Source: Eutreptiella sp. 'Long Island Sound 2002'
Taxonomy: Eukaryota > Protista > Euglenida
Length of the DNA: 64,000 nt
Direction of reading: 5' to 3'
Assembly: GCA_964036045.1 (NCBI GenBank)
Contig: OZ038378.1
Location: 171,306,001-171,370,000, forward strand
Part shown: piece after piece, positions 1 through 12,522 of the stretch
Layout of the letters: the number at the start of each line of letters is the position of its first letter
Position numbering within the stretch: position 1 is the stretch's first letter
Translations under genes and position numbers: made by a program
Notes under the pieces: model-generated
The model's input: only the letters and a program-made list of their open reading frames with translations
What the model was told of the DNA's origin: nothing
Database searches by the model: none

Positions 1-1729
1 ATGTGAGCCCCTCTGCACCTGTGGAACTACTGCATATGACACACAATTACCTCTGGTGTATCGATCGAATATCTCCGGATCATCCGGGAGAGTGTACGCC
101 ATTAGCACACGTCACTCCTTCACATGAGCCCTAAGCATTGTTGCAGATTTGTATCACATCAAACATTGACACAATCAGGTGGTGTTTGATAATCATTTGC
201 TCAGGCAGTCCTCAACCAAAATATCATCATCCGAATCTCATGCATCGAGCCGTAGACCAACAGATTGCAATGAACCAACACGGATGTTGAACGATCAATG
301 GAAAACAGGTTTGCAACCCCTTCAGCAGTGCAACGCATCCCCATCGCTGAAAACAACTGCCAGAGGTTCGGCGTGGTAGTGCGTAATGGCATTATCAGGT
401 GGTATTTTATAATCAGGATGTCAATAGTCCTCAACCAAGATTTCATCATCTGCACACCATCACTCGACTCCTGCACCAAGCACCTCAAAGCATACAATGT
501 CACAGCATATGACATCAATCCTAAAATGTGAGCCCCTCTGCACCTGCTGAACTACTGCATATGACACAGAAACACCTCTGGTGTATCGATCGAATATCTC
601 CGGATCATCCGGGAGAGTGTACGCCATTAGCACACGTCACTCCTTCACATGAGCCCTAAGCATTGTTGCAGATTCGTATCACATCAAACATTGACACAAT
701 CAGGTGGTGTTTGATAATCAGTTGCTCAGGCAGTCCTCAACCAAAATATCATCATCCGAATCTCATGCATCGAGCCGTAGACCAACAGATTGCAATGAAC
801 CAACACGGATGTTGAACGATCAATGAAAAAACAGGTTTGCAACCCCTTCAGCAGTGCAAAGCATCCCAATCGCTGAAAACAACTGCCAGAGGTTCGGCAT
901 GGTAGTGCGTAATGGCATTATCAGGTGGTATTTTATAATCAGGATGTCAATAGTCCTCAACCAAGATTTCATCATCTGCACACCATCACTCGACTCCTGC
1001 ACCAAGCACCTCAAAGCATACAATGTCACAGCATATGACATCAATCCTAAAATGTGAGCCCCTCTGCACCTGTGGAACTACTGCACATGACACAGAGAAA
1101 CACCCATTGCGTACAATGCAAAGAGCGAATATCTCCGGATCATCCGGAAGAGTGTACGCCATTAGCACACGTCACTCCTTCACATGAGCCCTAAGCATTG
1201 TTGCAGATTTGTATCACATCAAACATTGACACAATCAGGTGGTGTTTGATAATCATTTGCTCAGGCAGTCCTCAACCAAAATATCATCATCCGAATCTCA
1301 TGCATCGAGCCGTAGACCAACAGATTGCAATGAACCAACACGGATGTTGAACGATCAATGGAAAACAGGTTTGCAACCCCTTCAGCAGTGCAACGCATCC
1401 CCATCGCTGAAAACAACTGCCACAGGTTCGGCATGGTAGTGCGTAATGGCATTATCAGGTGGTATTTTATAATCAGGATGTCAATAGTCCTCAACCAAGA
1501 TTTCATCATCTGCACACCATCACTCGACTCCTGCACCAAGCACCTCAAAGCATACAATGTCACAGCATATGACATCAATCCTAAAATGTGAGCCCCTCTG
1601 CACCTGTGAAACTACTGCACATGACACAGAAACACTCATTGCGTACAATGCAAAGATCGAATATCTCCGGATCATCCGGAAGAGTGTACGCCATTAGCAC
1701 ACGTCACTCCTTCACATGAGCTCTAAGCA

Positions 1730-2759
1730 CACCCTTAAAATAAACACTGGCCCGAGGCTTTTCGGCCAGCGGCCAGTAGACTGTAAATTGTTGTAAATTT
1801 TGTTGTAAATTCCACCTTTTTTTGAGAGAAATCCAAAAAAAATTGTACCTTTTTACTTGTTTTATGCATCCTTCTTCCTACCCATTCCCCAAATGCTTCA
1901 TAAGACACAATTAGTCATTCATGCATATGACCTAGACACCACTAACACCACTCTGCTTGAATGCTGTTTTTTTACAACTCTGGACGTGTGCTGTTTATTC
2001 CGCATCGTCACATGAACATCACTGCTTATTTTTTTCACAACTCTGGATGGGTGCTGTTTATTCCTTATGGTGATTTGGTCTTCACTTTTTAAATTTTTAC
2101 AACTCTGGATGGGTGCTGGTTATTTCTGATTGTTAACTGGTCATCCCTGTTGTTATTTTTTTACAACTCTGCATTGGTGCTGTTTATTCCTGATTCTCAC
2201 ATGTCGACCGTTGTTTATTTTTTCACAACTTTGCATGGGTGCTGTTTGTTTCTCATTGTCATCTGGACATCCATGTTTGTTTTTTTTACAACTCTGGATG
2301 GGTGCTGTTTACTCCTAATTGTCACGTGGCCATCGCTGTTTATTTTTTTTCAACTCCGGATGGGTGCTGTTTTGTGTTGATACCAACGTTGTTGTGCCAC
2401 CAAGTTTGGGGAGGAGGCCACCCCTGTCACCAACCCTCTTCTACCCCCAAGCTTTGCTCTTAACCATTCTCCTATGCATAGATTACCCTACCTCACCACG
2501 CGCGGGAAACTTGCCTGGACAACCATGTATGAATGGCAACAATGTGAACAGAATGACAAAAAGCACGCAACTTGCAAGACAAAGAAGGTCAATTCCATCA
2601 TGAAATGGTGCAAAAATAGCAATTTACACCAATTTACACCGAATTTACACCTATATACACTGCGGTGGCCCAAAAACTGGCCGGTTTCGTAAAATTTACG
2701 CATTTACGCGTAAATTTGCCATTCGGCCAGCGACCCGGCCAGCGTTTAATTCATGGGTG
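1730..2759. mobile_element. 1030-bp non-autonomous TIR element (MITE, hAT/P-like 8-bp TSD) inserted in the array
   Basis: TSD TCTAAGCA at 1722-1729 and 2760-2767. Imperfect 23-bp TIRs CACCCTTAAAATAAACACTGGCC / GGCCAGCGTTTAATTCATGGGTG. Subterminal GTAAAT and ATTTAC repeats and an internal ~63-bp repeat x7. No transposase ORF. A 6-bp TSD reading (CTAAGC) is also possible. Confidence 0.85.
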
Positions 2760-5700
2760 TCTAAGCATTGTTGCAGATTCGTATCACATCAAACATTGAC
2801 ACAATCAGGTGGTGTTTGATAATCATTTGCTCAGGCAGTCCTCAACCAAAATATCATCATCCGAATCTCATGCATCGAGCCGTAGACCAACAGATTGCAA
2901 TGAACCAACACGGATGTTCAAGGATCAATGAAAAAACAGGTTTGCAACCCCTTCAGCAGTGCAAAGAATCCCAATCGCTGAAACCAACTGCCACAGGTTC
3001 GGCGTGGCAGTGCGTAATGGCATTATCAGGTGGTATTTTATAATCAGGATGTCAATAGTCCTCAACCAAGATTTCATCACCTGCACTCCTCCACGAAAGC
3101 GCGCCTTGGGAGACGGCAGATTCTGATTTCCGGACAGTTGCTGCGACACTGCACCCCAAAGCCCCAATCCCGAAAGTGACATGATGACATGATGGATGTC
3201 AGACACAAGCACATGACAATATCAGGTGGTATTTCATAATCAGGATGTCAATAGTCCTCAACCAAGATTTCATCATCTGCACACCATCACTCGACTCCTG
3301 CACCAAGCACCTCAAAGCATACAATGTCACAGCATATGACATCAATCCTAAAATGTGAGCCCCTCTGCACCTGCTGAACTACTGCACATGACACAGAGTA
3401 ACACCCATTGCGTACAATGCAAAGATCGAATATCTCCGGATCATCCGGAAGAGTGTACGCCATTAGCACACGTCACTCCTTCACATGAGCCCTAAGCATT
3501 GTTGCAGATTCGTATCACATCAAACATTGACACAATCAGGTGGTGTTTGATAATCATTTGCTCAGGCAGTCCTCAACCAAAATATCACCATCCGAATCTC
3601 ATGCATCAAGCCGTAGACCAACAGATTGCAATGAACCAACACGGATGTTCAAGGATCAATGAAAAACAGGTTTGCAACCCCTTCAGCAGTGCAACGCATC
3701 CCCATCGCTGAAAACAACTGCCACAGGTTCGGCGTGGTAGTGCGTAATGGCATTATCAGGTGGTATTTTATAATCAGGATGTCAATAGTCCTCAACCAAG
3801 GTTTCATCATCTGCACACCATCACTCGACTCCTGCACCAAGCACCTCAAAGCATACAATGTCACAGCATATGACATCAATCCTAAAATGTGAGCCCCTCT
3901 GCACCTGAGAAACTACTGCACATGACACAGAGTAACACCCATTGCGTACAATGCAAAGATCGAATATCTCCGGATCATCCGGAAGAGTGTACGCCATTAG
4001 CACACGTCACTCCTTCACATGAGCCCTAAGCATTGTTGCAGATTCGTATCACATCAAACATTGACACAATCAGGTGGTGTTTGATAATCATTTGCTCAGG
4101 CAGTCCTCAACCAAAATATCCATCCGAATCTCATGCATCGAGCCGTAGACCAACAGATTGCAATGAACCAACACGGATGTTGAAGGATCAATGAAAAACA
4201 GGTTTGCAACCCCTTCAGCAGTGCAACGCATCCCAATCGCTGAAAACAACTGCCACAGGTTCGGCGTGGTAGTGCGTAATGGCATTATCAGGTGGTATTT
4301 TATAATCAGGATGTCAATAGTCCTCAACCAAGATTTCATCATCTGCACACCATCACTCGACTCCTGCACCAAGCACCTCAAAGCATACAATGTCACAGCA
4401 TATGACATCAATCCTAAAATGTGAGCCCCTCTGCACCTGCTGAACTACTGCACATGACACAGAAACATCCATTGCGTACAATGCAAAGATCGAATATCTC
4501 CGGATCATCCGGGAGGGTGTACGCCATTAGCACACGTCACTCCTTCACATGAGCCCTAAGCATTGTTGCAGATTTGTATCACATCAAACATTGACACAAT
4601 CAGGTGGTGTTTGATAATCATTTGCTCAGGCAGTCCTCAACCAAAATATCATCATCCGAATCTCATGCATCGAGCCGTAGACCAGCAGATTGCAATGAAC
4701 CAACACGGATGTTGAAGGATCAATGGAAAACAGGTTTGCAACCCCTTCAGCAGTGCAACGCATCCCAATCGCTGAAAACCACTGCCACAGGTTCGGCATG
4801 GTAGTGCGTAATGGCATTATCAGGTGGTATTTTATAATCAGGATGTCAATAGTCCTCAACCAAGATTTCGTCATCTGCATACCATCACTCGACTCCTGCA
4901 CCAAGCACCTCAAAGCATACAATGTCACAGCATATGACATCAATCCTAAAATGTGAGCCCCTCTGCACCTGAGAAACTACTGCACATGACACAAAGAAAC
5001 ACCCATTGCGTACAATGCAAAGAGCGTATATCTCCGGATCATCCGGCAAAATTTACGCCAATAGCACACGTCACTCCTTCACATGAGCTCTAAGCATTGT
5101 TGCAGATTCGTATCACATCAAACATTGACACAATCAGGTGGTGTTTGATAATCATTTGCTCAGGCAGTCCTCAACCAAAATATCATCATCCGAATCTCAT
5201 GCATCGAGCCGTAGACCAACAGATTGCAATGAACCAACACGGATGTTGAAGGATCAATGAAAAAACAGGTTTGCAACCCCTTCAGCAGTGCAATGCATCC
5301 CCATCGCTGCAGCCAAATGCCACAGGTTCGGCGTGGTAGTGCGTAATGGCATTATCAGGTGGTATTTTATAATCAGGATGTCAATAGTCCTCAACCAAGA
5401 TTTCATCATCTGCACACCATCACTCGACTCCTGCACCAAGCACCTCAAAGCATACAATGTCACAGCATATGACATCAATCCTAAAATGTGAGCCCCTCTG
5501 CACCTGCTGAACTACTGCACATGACACAGAGTAACACCCATTGCGTACAATGCAAAGATCGAATATCTCCGGATCATCCGGGAGGGTGTACGCCATTAGC
5601 ACACGTCACTCCTTCACATGAGCCCTAAGCATTGTTGCAGATTCGTATCACATCAAACATTGACACAATCAGGTGGTGTTTGATAATCATTTGCTCAGGC

Positions 5701-7805
5701 AGTCCTCAACCAAAATATCATCATCCGAATCTCATGCATCGAGCCGTAGACCAACAGATTGCAATGAACCAACACGGATGTTGAAGGATCAATGAAAAAG
5801 CAGGTTTGCAACCCCTTCAGCAGTGCAACGCATCCCAATCGCTGAAAACAACTGCCACAGGTTCGGCGTGGTAGTGCGTAATGGCATTATCAGGTGGTAT
5901 TTTATAATCAGGATGTCAATAGTCCTCAACCAAGATTTCATCATCTGCACACCATCACTCGACTCCTGCACCAAGCACCTCAAAGCATACAATGTCACAG
6001 CATATGACATCAATCCTAAAATGTGAGCCCCTCTGCACCTGTGAAACTACTGCACATGACACAGAGTAACACCCATTGCGTACAATGCAAAGAGCGAATA
6101 TCTCCGGATCATCCGGAAGAGTGTACGCCATTAGCACACGTCACTCCTTCACATGAGCCCTAAGCATTGTTGCAGATTTGTATCACATCAAACATTGACA
6201 CAATCAGGTGGTGTTTGATAATCATTTGCTCAGGCAGTCCTCAACCAAAATATCATCATCCGAATCTCATGCATCGAGCCGTAGACCAGCAGATTGCAAT
6301 GAACCAACACGGATGTTGAAGGATCAATGGAAAACAGGTTTGCAACCCCTTCAGCAGTGCAACGCATCCCAATCGCTGAAAACCACTGCCACAGGTTCGG
6401 CATGGTAGTGCGTAATGGCATTATCAGGTGGTATTTTATAATCAGGATGTCAATAGTCCTCAACCAAGATTTGTCATCTGCATACCATCACTCGACTCCT
6501 GCACCAAGCACCTCAAAGCATACAATGTCACAGCATATGACATCAATCCTAAAATGTGAGCCCCTCTGCACCTGAGAAACTACTGCACATGACACAAAGA
6601 AACACTCATTGCGTACAATGCAAAGAGCGTATATCTCCGGATCATCCGGCAAAATTTACGCCAATAGCACACGTCACTCCTTCACATGAGCTCTAAGCAT
6701 TGTTGCAGATTCGTATCACATCAAACATTGACACAATCAGGTGGTGTTTGATAATCATTTGCTCAGGCAGTCCTCAACCAAAATATCATCATCCGAATCT
6801 CATGCATCGAGCCGTAGACCAACAGATTGCAATGAACCAACACGGATGTTGAAGGATCAATGAAAAAACAGGTTTGCAACCCCTTCAGCAGTGCAATGCA
6901 TCCCCATCGCTGCAGCCAAATGCCACAGGTTCGGCGTGGTAGTGCGTAATGGCATTATCAGGTGGTATTTTATAATCAGGATGTCAATAGTCCTCAACCA
7001 AGATTTCATCATCTGCACACCATCACTCGACTCCTGCACCAAGCACCTCAAAGCATACAATGTCACAGCATATGACATCAATCCTAAAATGTGAGCCCCT
7101 CTGCACCTGCTGAACTACTGCACATGACACAGAGTAACACCCATTGCGTACAATGCAAAGATCGAATATCTCCGGATCATCCGGGAGGGTGTACGCCATT
7201 AGCACACGTCACTCCTTCACATGAGCCCTAAGCATTGTTGCAGATTCGTATCACATCAAACATTGACACAATCAGGTGGTGTTTGATAATCATTTGCTCA
7301 GGCAGTCCTCAACCAAAATATCATCATCCGAATCTCATGCATCGAGCCGTAGACCAACAGATTGCAATGAACCAACACGGATGTTCAAGGATCAATGAAA
7401 AACAGGTTTGCAACCCCTTCAGCAGTGCAACGCATCCCAATCGCTGAAAACAACTGCCACAGGTTCGGCGTGGTAGTGCGTAATGGCATTATCAGGTGGT
7501 ATTTTATAATCAGGATGTCAATAGTCCTCAACCAAGATTTCATCATCTGCACACCATCACTCGACTCCTGCACCAAGCACCTCAAAGCATACAATGTCAC
7601 AGCATATGACATCAATCCTAAAATGTGAGCCCCTCTGCACCTGTGAAACTACTGCACATGACACAGAGTAACACCCATTGCGTACAATGCAAAGAGCGAA
7701 TATCTCCGGATCATCCGGAAGAGTGTACGCCATTAGCACACGTCACTCCTTCACATGAGCCCTAAGCATTGTTGCAGATTCGTATCACATCAAACATTGA
7801 CACAA

Positions 7806-7861
7806 TCAGGTGGTGTTTGATAATCATTTGCTCAGGCAGTCCTCAACCAAAATATCATCAT
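7806..7861 (-). ncRNA. Representative box C/D snoRNA-like cassette A (also 175-230, etc.)
   Basis: ATGATGA tattttggttgaggactgc CTGA gcaa ATGATTA tcaaacaccac CTGA (56 nt). Confidence 0.72.
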
Positions 7862-8025
7862 CCGAATCTCATGCATCGAGCCGTAGACCAGCAGATTGCA
7901 ATGAACCAACACGGATGTTGAAGGATCAATGGAAAACAGGTTTGCAACCCCTTCAGCAGTGCAACGCATCCCAATCGCTGAAAACAACTGCCACAGGTTC
8001 GGCATGGTAGTGCGTAATGGCATTA

Positions 8026-8080
8026 TCAGGTGGTATTTTATAATCAGGATGTCAATAGTCCTCAACCAAGATTTCATCAT
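8026..8080 (-). ncRNA. Representative box C/D snoRNA-like cassette B (also 395-449, etc.)
   Basis: ATGATGA aatcttggttgaggacta TTGA catc CTGATTA taaaataccac CTGA (55 nt). Confidence 0.68.
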
Positions 8081-11000
8081 CTGCACACCATCACTCGACT
8101 CCTGCACCAAGCACCTCAAAGCATACAATGTCACAGCATATGACATCAATCCTAAAATGTGAGCCCCTCTGCACCTGTGAAACTACTGCACATGACACAG
8201 AGTAACACCCATTGCGTACGATGCAAAGAGCGAATATCTCCGGATCATCCGGGAGAGTGTACGCCATTAGCACACGTCACTCCTTCACATGAGCCCTAAG
8301 CATTGTTGCAGATTTGTATCACATCAAACATTGACACAATCAGGTGGTGTTTGATAATCATTTGCTCAGGCAGTCCTCAACCAAAATATCATCATCCGAA
8401 TCTCATGCATCGAGCCGTAGACCAGCAGATTGCAATGAACCAACACGGATGTTGAAGGATCAATGGAAAACAGGTTTGCAACCCCTTCAGCAGTGCAACG
8501 CATCCCAATCGCTGAAAACCACTGCCACAGGTTCGGCGTGGTAGTGCGTAATGGCATTATCAGGTGGTATTTTATAATCAGGATGTCAATAGTCCTCAAC
8601 CAAGATTTCATCATCTGCACACCATCACTCGACTCCTGCACCAAGCACCTCAAAGCATACAATGTCACAGCATATGACATCAATCCTAAAATGTGAGCCC
8701 CTCTGCACCTGTGGAACTACTGCACATGACACAGAGTAACACCCATTGCGTACAATGCAAAGATCGAATATCTCCAGATCATCCGGAAGAGTGTACGCCA
8801 TTAGCACACGTCACTCCTTCACATGAGCCCTAAGCATTGTTGCAGATTTGTATCACATCAAACATTGGCACAATCAGGTGGTGTTTGATAATGATTTGCT
8901 CAGGCAGTCCTCAACCAAAATATCATCATCCGAATCTCATGCATCGAGCCGTAGACCAACAGATTGCAATGAACCAACACGGATGTTGAAGGATCAATGA
9001 AAAAACAGGTTTGCAACCCCTTCAGCAGTGCAATGCATCCCAATCGCTGAAAACAACTGCCACAGGTTCGGCGTGGCAGTGCGTAATGGCATTATCAGGT
9101 GGTATTTTATAATCAGGATGTCAATAGTCCTCAACCAAGATTTCATCATCTGCACACCATCACTCGACTCCTGCACCAAGCACCTCAAAGCATACAATGT
9201 CACAGCATATGACAGCAATCCTAAAATGTGAGCCCCTCTGCACCTGCTGAACTACTGCATATGACACAGAAAAACCTCTGGTGTATCGATCGAATATCTC
9301 CGGATCATCCGGGAGAGTGTACGCCATTAGCACACGTCACTCCTTCACATGAGCCCTAAGCATTGTTGCAGATTTGTATCACATCAAACATTGACACAAT
9401 CAGGTGGTGTTTGATAATCATTTGCTCAGGCAGTCCTCAACCAACATATCATCATCCGAATCTCATGCATCGAGCCGTAGACCAGCAGATTGCAATGAAC
9501 CAACACGGATGTTGAAGGATCAACGGAAAACAGGTTTGCAACCCCTTCAGCAGTGCAACGCATCCCCATCGCTGAAACCAAATGCCACAGGTTCGGCATG
9601 GTAGTGCGTAATGGCATTATCAGGTGGTATTTTGTAATCAGGATGTCAATAGTCCTCAACCAAGATTTCATCATCTGCACACCATCACTCGACTCCTGCA
9701 CCAAGCACCTCAAAGCATACAATGTCACAGCATATGACATCAATCCTAAAATGTGAGCCCCTCTGCACCTGAGAAACTACTGCACATGACACAGAAACAC
9801 TCATTGCCTACAATGCAAAGATCGAATATCTCCGGATCATCCGGCAAAGTTTACGCCATTAGCACACGTCACTCCTTCACATGAGCTCTAAGCATTGTTG
9901 CAGATTCGTATCACATCAAACATTGACACAATCAGGTGGTGTTTGATAATCATTTGCTCAGGCAGTCCTCAACCAAAATATCATCATCCGAATCTCATGC
10001 ATCGAGCCGTAGACCAACAGATTGCAATGAACCAATACGGATGTTGAAGGATCAATGAAAAAACAGGTTTGCAACCCCTTCAGCAGTGCAATGCATCCCA
10101 ATCGCTGAAAACAACTGCCACAGGTTCGGCATGGTAGTGCGTAATGGCATTATCAGGTGGTATTTTATAATCAGGATGTCAATAGTCCTCAACCAAGATT
10201 TCATCATCTGCACACCATCACTCGACTCCTGCACCAAGCACCTCAAAGCATACAATGTCACAGCATATGACATCAATCCTAAAATGTGAGCCCCTCTGCA
10301 CCTGCAGAACTACTGCAAATGACACAGAGTAACACCCATTGCGTACAATGCAAAGATCGAATATCTCCGGATCATCCGGGAGAGTGTACGCCATTAGCAC
10401 ACGTCACTCCTTCACATGAGCCCTAAGCATTGTTGCAGATTCGTATCACATCAAACATTGACACAATCAGGTGGTGTTTGATAATCATTTGCTCAGGCAG
10501 TCCTCAACCAACATATCATCATCCGAATCTCATGCATCGAGCCGTAGACCAACAGATTGCAATGAACCAACACGGATGTTGAAGGATCAATGAAAAAACA
10601 GGTTTGCAACCCCTTCAGCAGTGCAACGCATCCCCATCGCTGAAAACCACTGCCACAGGTTCGGCGTGGTAGTGCGTAATGGCATTATCAGGTGGTATTT
10701 TATAATCACGATGTCAATAGTCCTCAACCAAGATTTCATCATCTTCACACCATCACTCGACTCCTGCACCAAGCACCTCAAAGCATACAATGTCACAGCA
10801 TATGACATCAATCCTAAAATGTGAGCCCCTCTGCACCTGTGAAACTACTGCATATGACACACAGTAACACCTCTGGTGTATCGATTGAATATCTCCGGAT
10901 CATCCGGAAGAGTGTACGCCATTAGCACACGTCACTCCTTCACATGAGCCCTAAGCATTGTTGCAGATTCGTATCACATCAAACATTGACACAATCAGGT

Positions 11001-12378
11001 GGTGTTTGATAATCAGTTGCTCAGGCAGTCCTCAACCAACATATCATCATCCGAATCTCATGCATCGAGCCGTAGACCAACAGATTGCAATGAACCAACA
11101 CGGATGTTGAACGATCAATGAAAAAACAGGTTTGCAACCCCTTCAGCAGTGCAACGCATCCCAATCGCTGAAACCAAATGCCACAGGTTCGGCGTGGCAG
11201 TGCGTAATGGCATTATCAGGTGGTATTTTATAATCAGGATGTCAATAGTCCTCAACCAAGATTTCATCATCTTCACACCATCACTCGACTCCTGCACCAA
11301 GCACCTCAAAGCATACAATGTCACAGCATATGACATCAATCCTAAAATGTGAGCCCCTCTGCACCTGTGGAACTACTGCATATGACAGTGAAACACCTCT
11401 GGTGTATCGATCGAATATCTCCGGATCATCCGGAAGAGTGTACGCCATTAGCACACGTCACTCCTTCACATGAGCCCTAAGCATTGTTGCAGATTCGTAT
11501 CACATCAAACATTGACACAATCAGGTGGTGTTTGATAATCATTTGCTCAGGCAGTCCTCAACCAAAATATCATCATCCGAATCTCATGCATCGAGCCGTA
11601 GACCAACAGATTGCAATGAACCAACACGGATGTTGAAGGATCAATGAAAAAACAGGTTTGCAACCCCTTCAGCAGTGCAAAGCATCCCAATCGCTGAAAC
11701 CAAATGCCACAGGTTCGGCGTGGCAGTGCGTAATGGCATTATCAGGTGGTATTTTATAATCAGGATGTCAATAGTCCTCAACCAAGATTTCATCATCTGC
11801 ACACCATCACTCGACTCCTGCACCAAGCACCTCAAAGCATACAATGTCACAGCATATGACATCAATCCTAAAATGTGAGCCCCTCTGCACCTGCTGAATT
11901 ACTGCACATGACACAGAGTAACACCCATTGCGTACAATGCAAAGGTCGAATATCTCCGGATCATCCGGAAGAGTGTACGCCATTAGCACACGTCACTCCT
12001 TCACATGAGCTCTAGGCATTGTTGCAGATTCGTATCACATCAAACATTGACACAATCACGTGGTGTTTGATAATCATTTGCTCAGGCAGTCCTCAACCAA
12101 CATCTCATAATGGACATGATGCCAATCCCCTGCCGTAAATCATGGACTCCTTGATGTCTGTTGTCAGAAACCCCCTTGCGAATCTTGTGAACATCAGTCG
12201 AGTCCACCAATTGTGTCCAGATGATGAAATCATGGTCCGGTTTGTACAGCAGTTCTTGAACGCAAGACGCTGCAGGTTGGGTTGCAAAAGGTTACTGATT
12301 CTGGACTACTTCCCAGCTTGTGATCAAATCCTCCTCCCTCCCTCGCCCCAGCAAAAACATGCTGCCAATGGCACATAC

Positions 12379-12522
12379 CGTCGCTTGAATGGCCTTGTCA
12401 TACCAAGCCTTGTCTTCTGCAACATTCAGCTTGTCGCTGAACACACGGCAGCATTCATGTTTCCAGAGATTAGTCAGCATCGCAGGGTCAGTCACCATGT
12501 CTTTGTGGGACATCATGATCCC
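12379..12522 (-). CDS. ODA2: Dynein HC exon w24 (last exon in window)
   Basis: tgcag|GIMMSH...[14 protein letters not shown]...AIQAT|gtatgt; 144 nt; the next intron runs off the left end of the window. Confidence 0.91.

Larger units (their letters stand above)
1..12111. repeat. Tandem array of ~525-535-bp units (about 20.5 units in window), intronic, continues beyond the left edge
   Basis: Anchor atgtgagcccctctgcacc recurs at 1, 526, 1052, 1586, ~3353, ~3887 ... ~11873. Units are near-identical, with interruptions at 1730-2759 and ~3089-3218. Confidence 0.98.
175..12111 (-). ncRNA. Candidate array of ~42 box C/D snoRNA genes (two paralogues, A and B, per repeat unit), sense to the dynein pre-mRNA
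   Basis: Minus strand of each unit. A: ATGATGA-19nt-CTGA-gcaa-ATGATTA-11nt-CTGA. B: ATGATGA-18nt-TTGA-catc-CTGATTA-11nt-CTGA. The box order C, D', C', D and the spacing match compact C/D guide RNAs. A few copies have damaged boxes. Confidence 0.72.

Noticed and set aside
399-409. Guide B contains AAATACCAC, which matches conserved LSU rRNA (GAAAUACCAC)
   Set aside because: The match is sense to rRNA, not antisense, so it cannot be the guide-target pairing. A 9-mer identity may be chance, so it was not used as evidence.
179-11989. Dozens of recurrent 60-107-aa ORFs (MMSYAVTLY.., MENRFATP.., MVFDNHLL.., MLMAYTLP..)
   Set aside because: They overlap on both strands, are broken by indels in many units and have no recognisable motif. 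They are by-products of the tandem repeat.
1-12111. Array as CRISPR, SL-RNA/5S cluster or hammerhead satellite
   Set aside because: Spacers are repeated rather than unique and there are no cas genes. I found no spliced-leader or 5S sequence and no CTGANGA...GAAA core on either strand.
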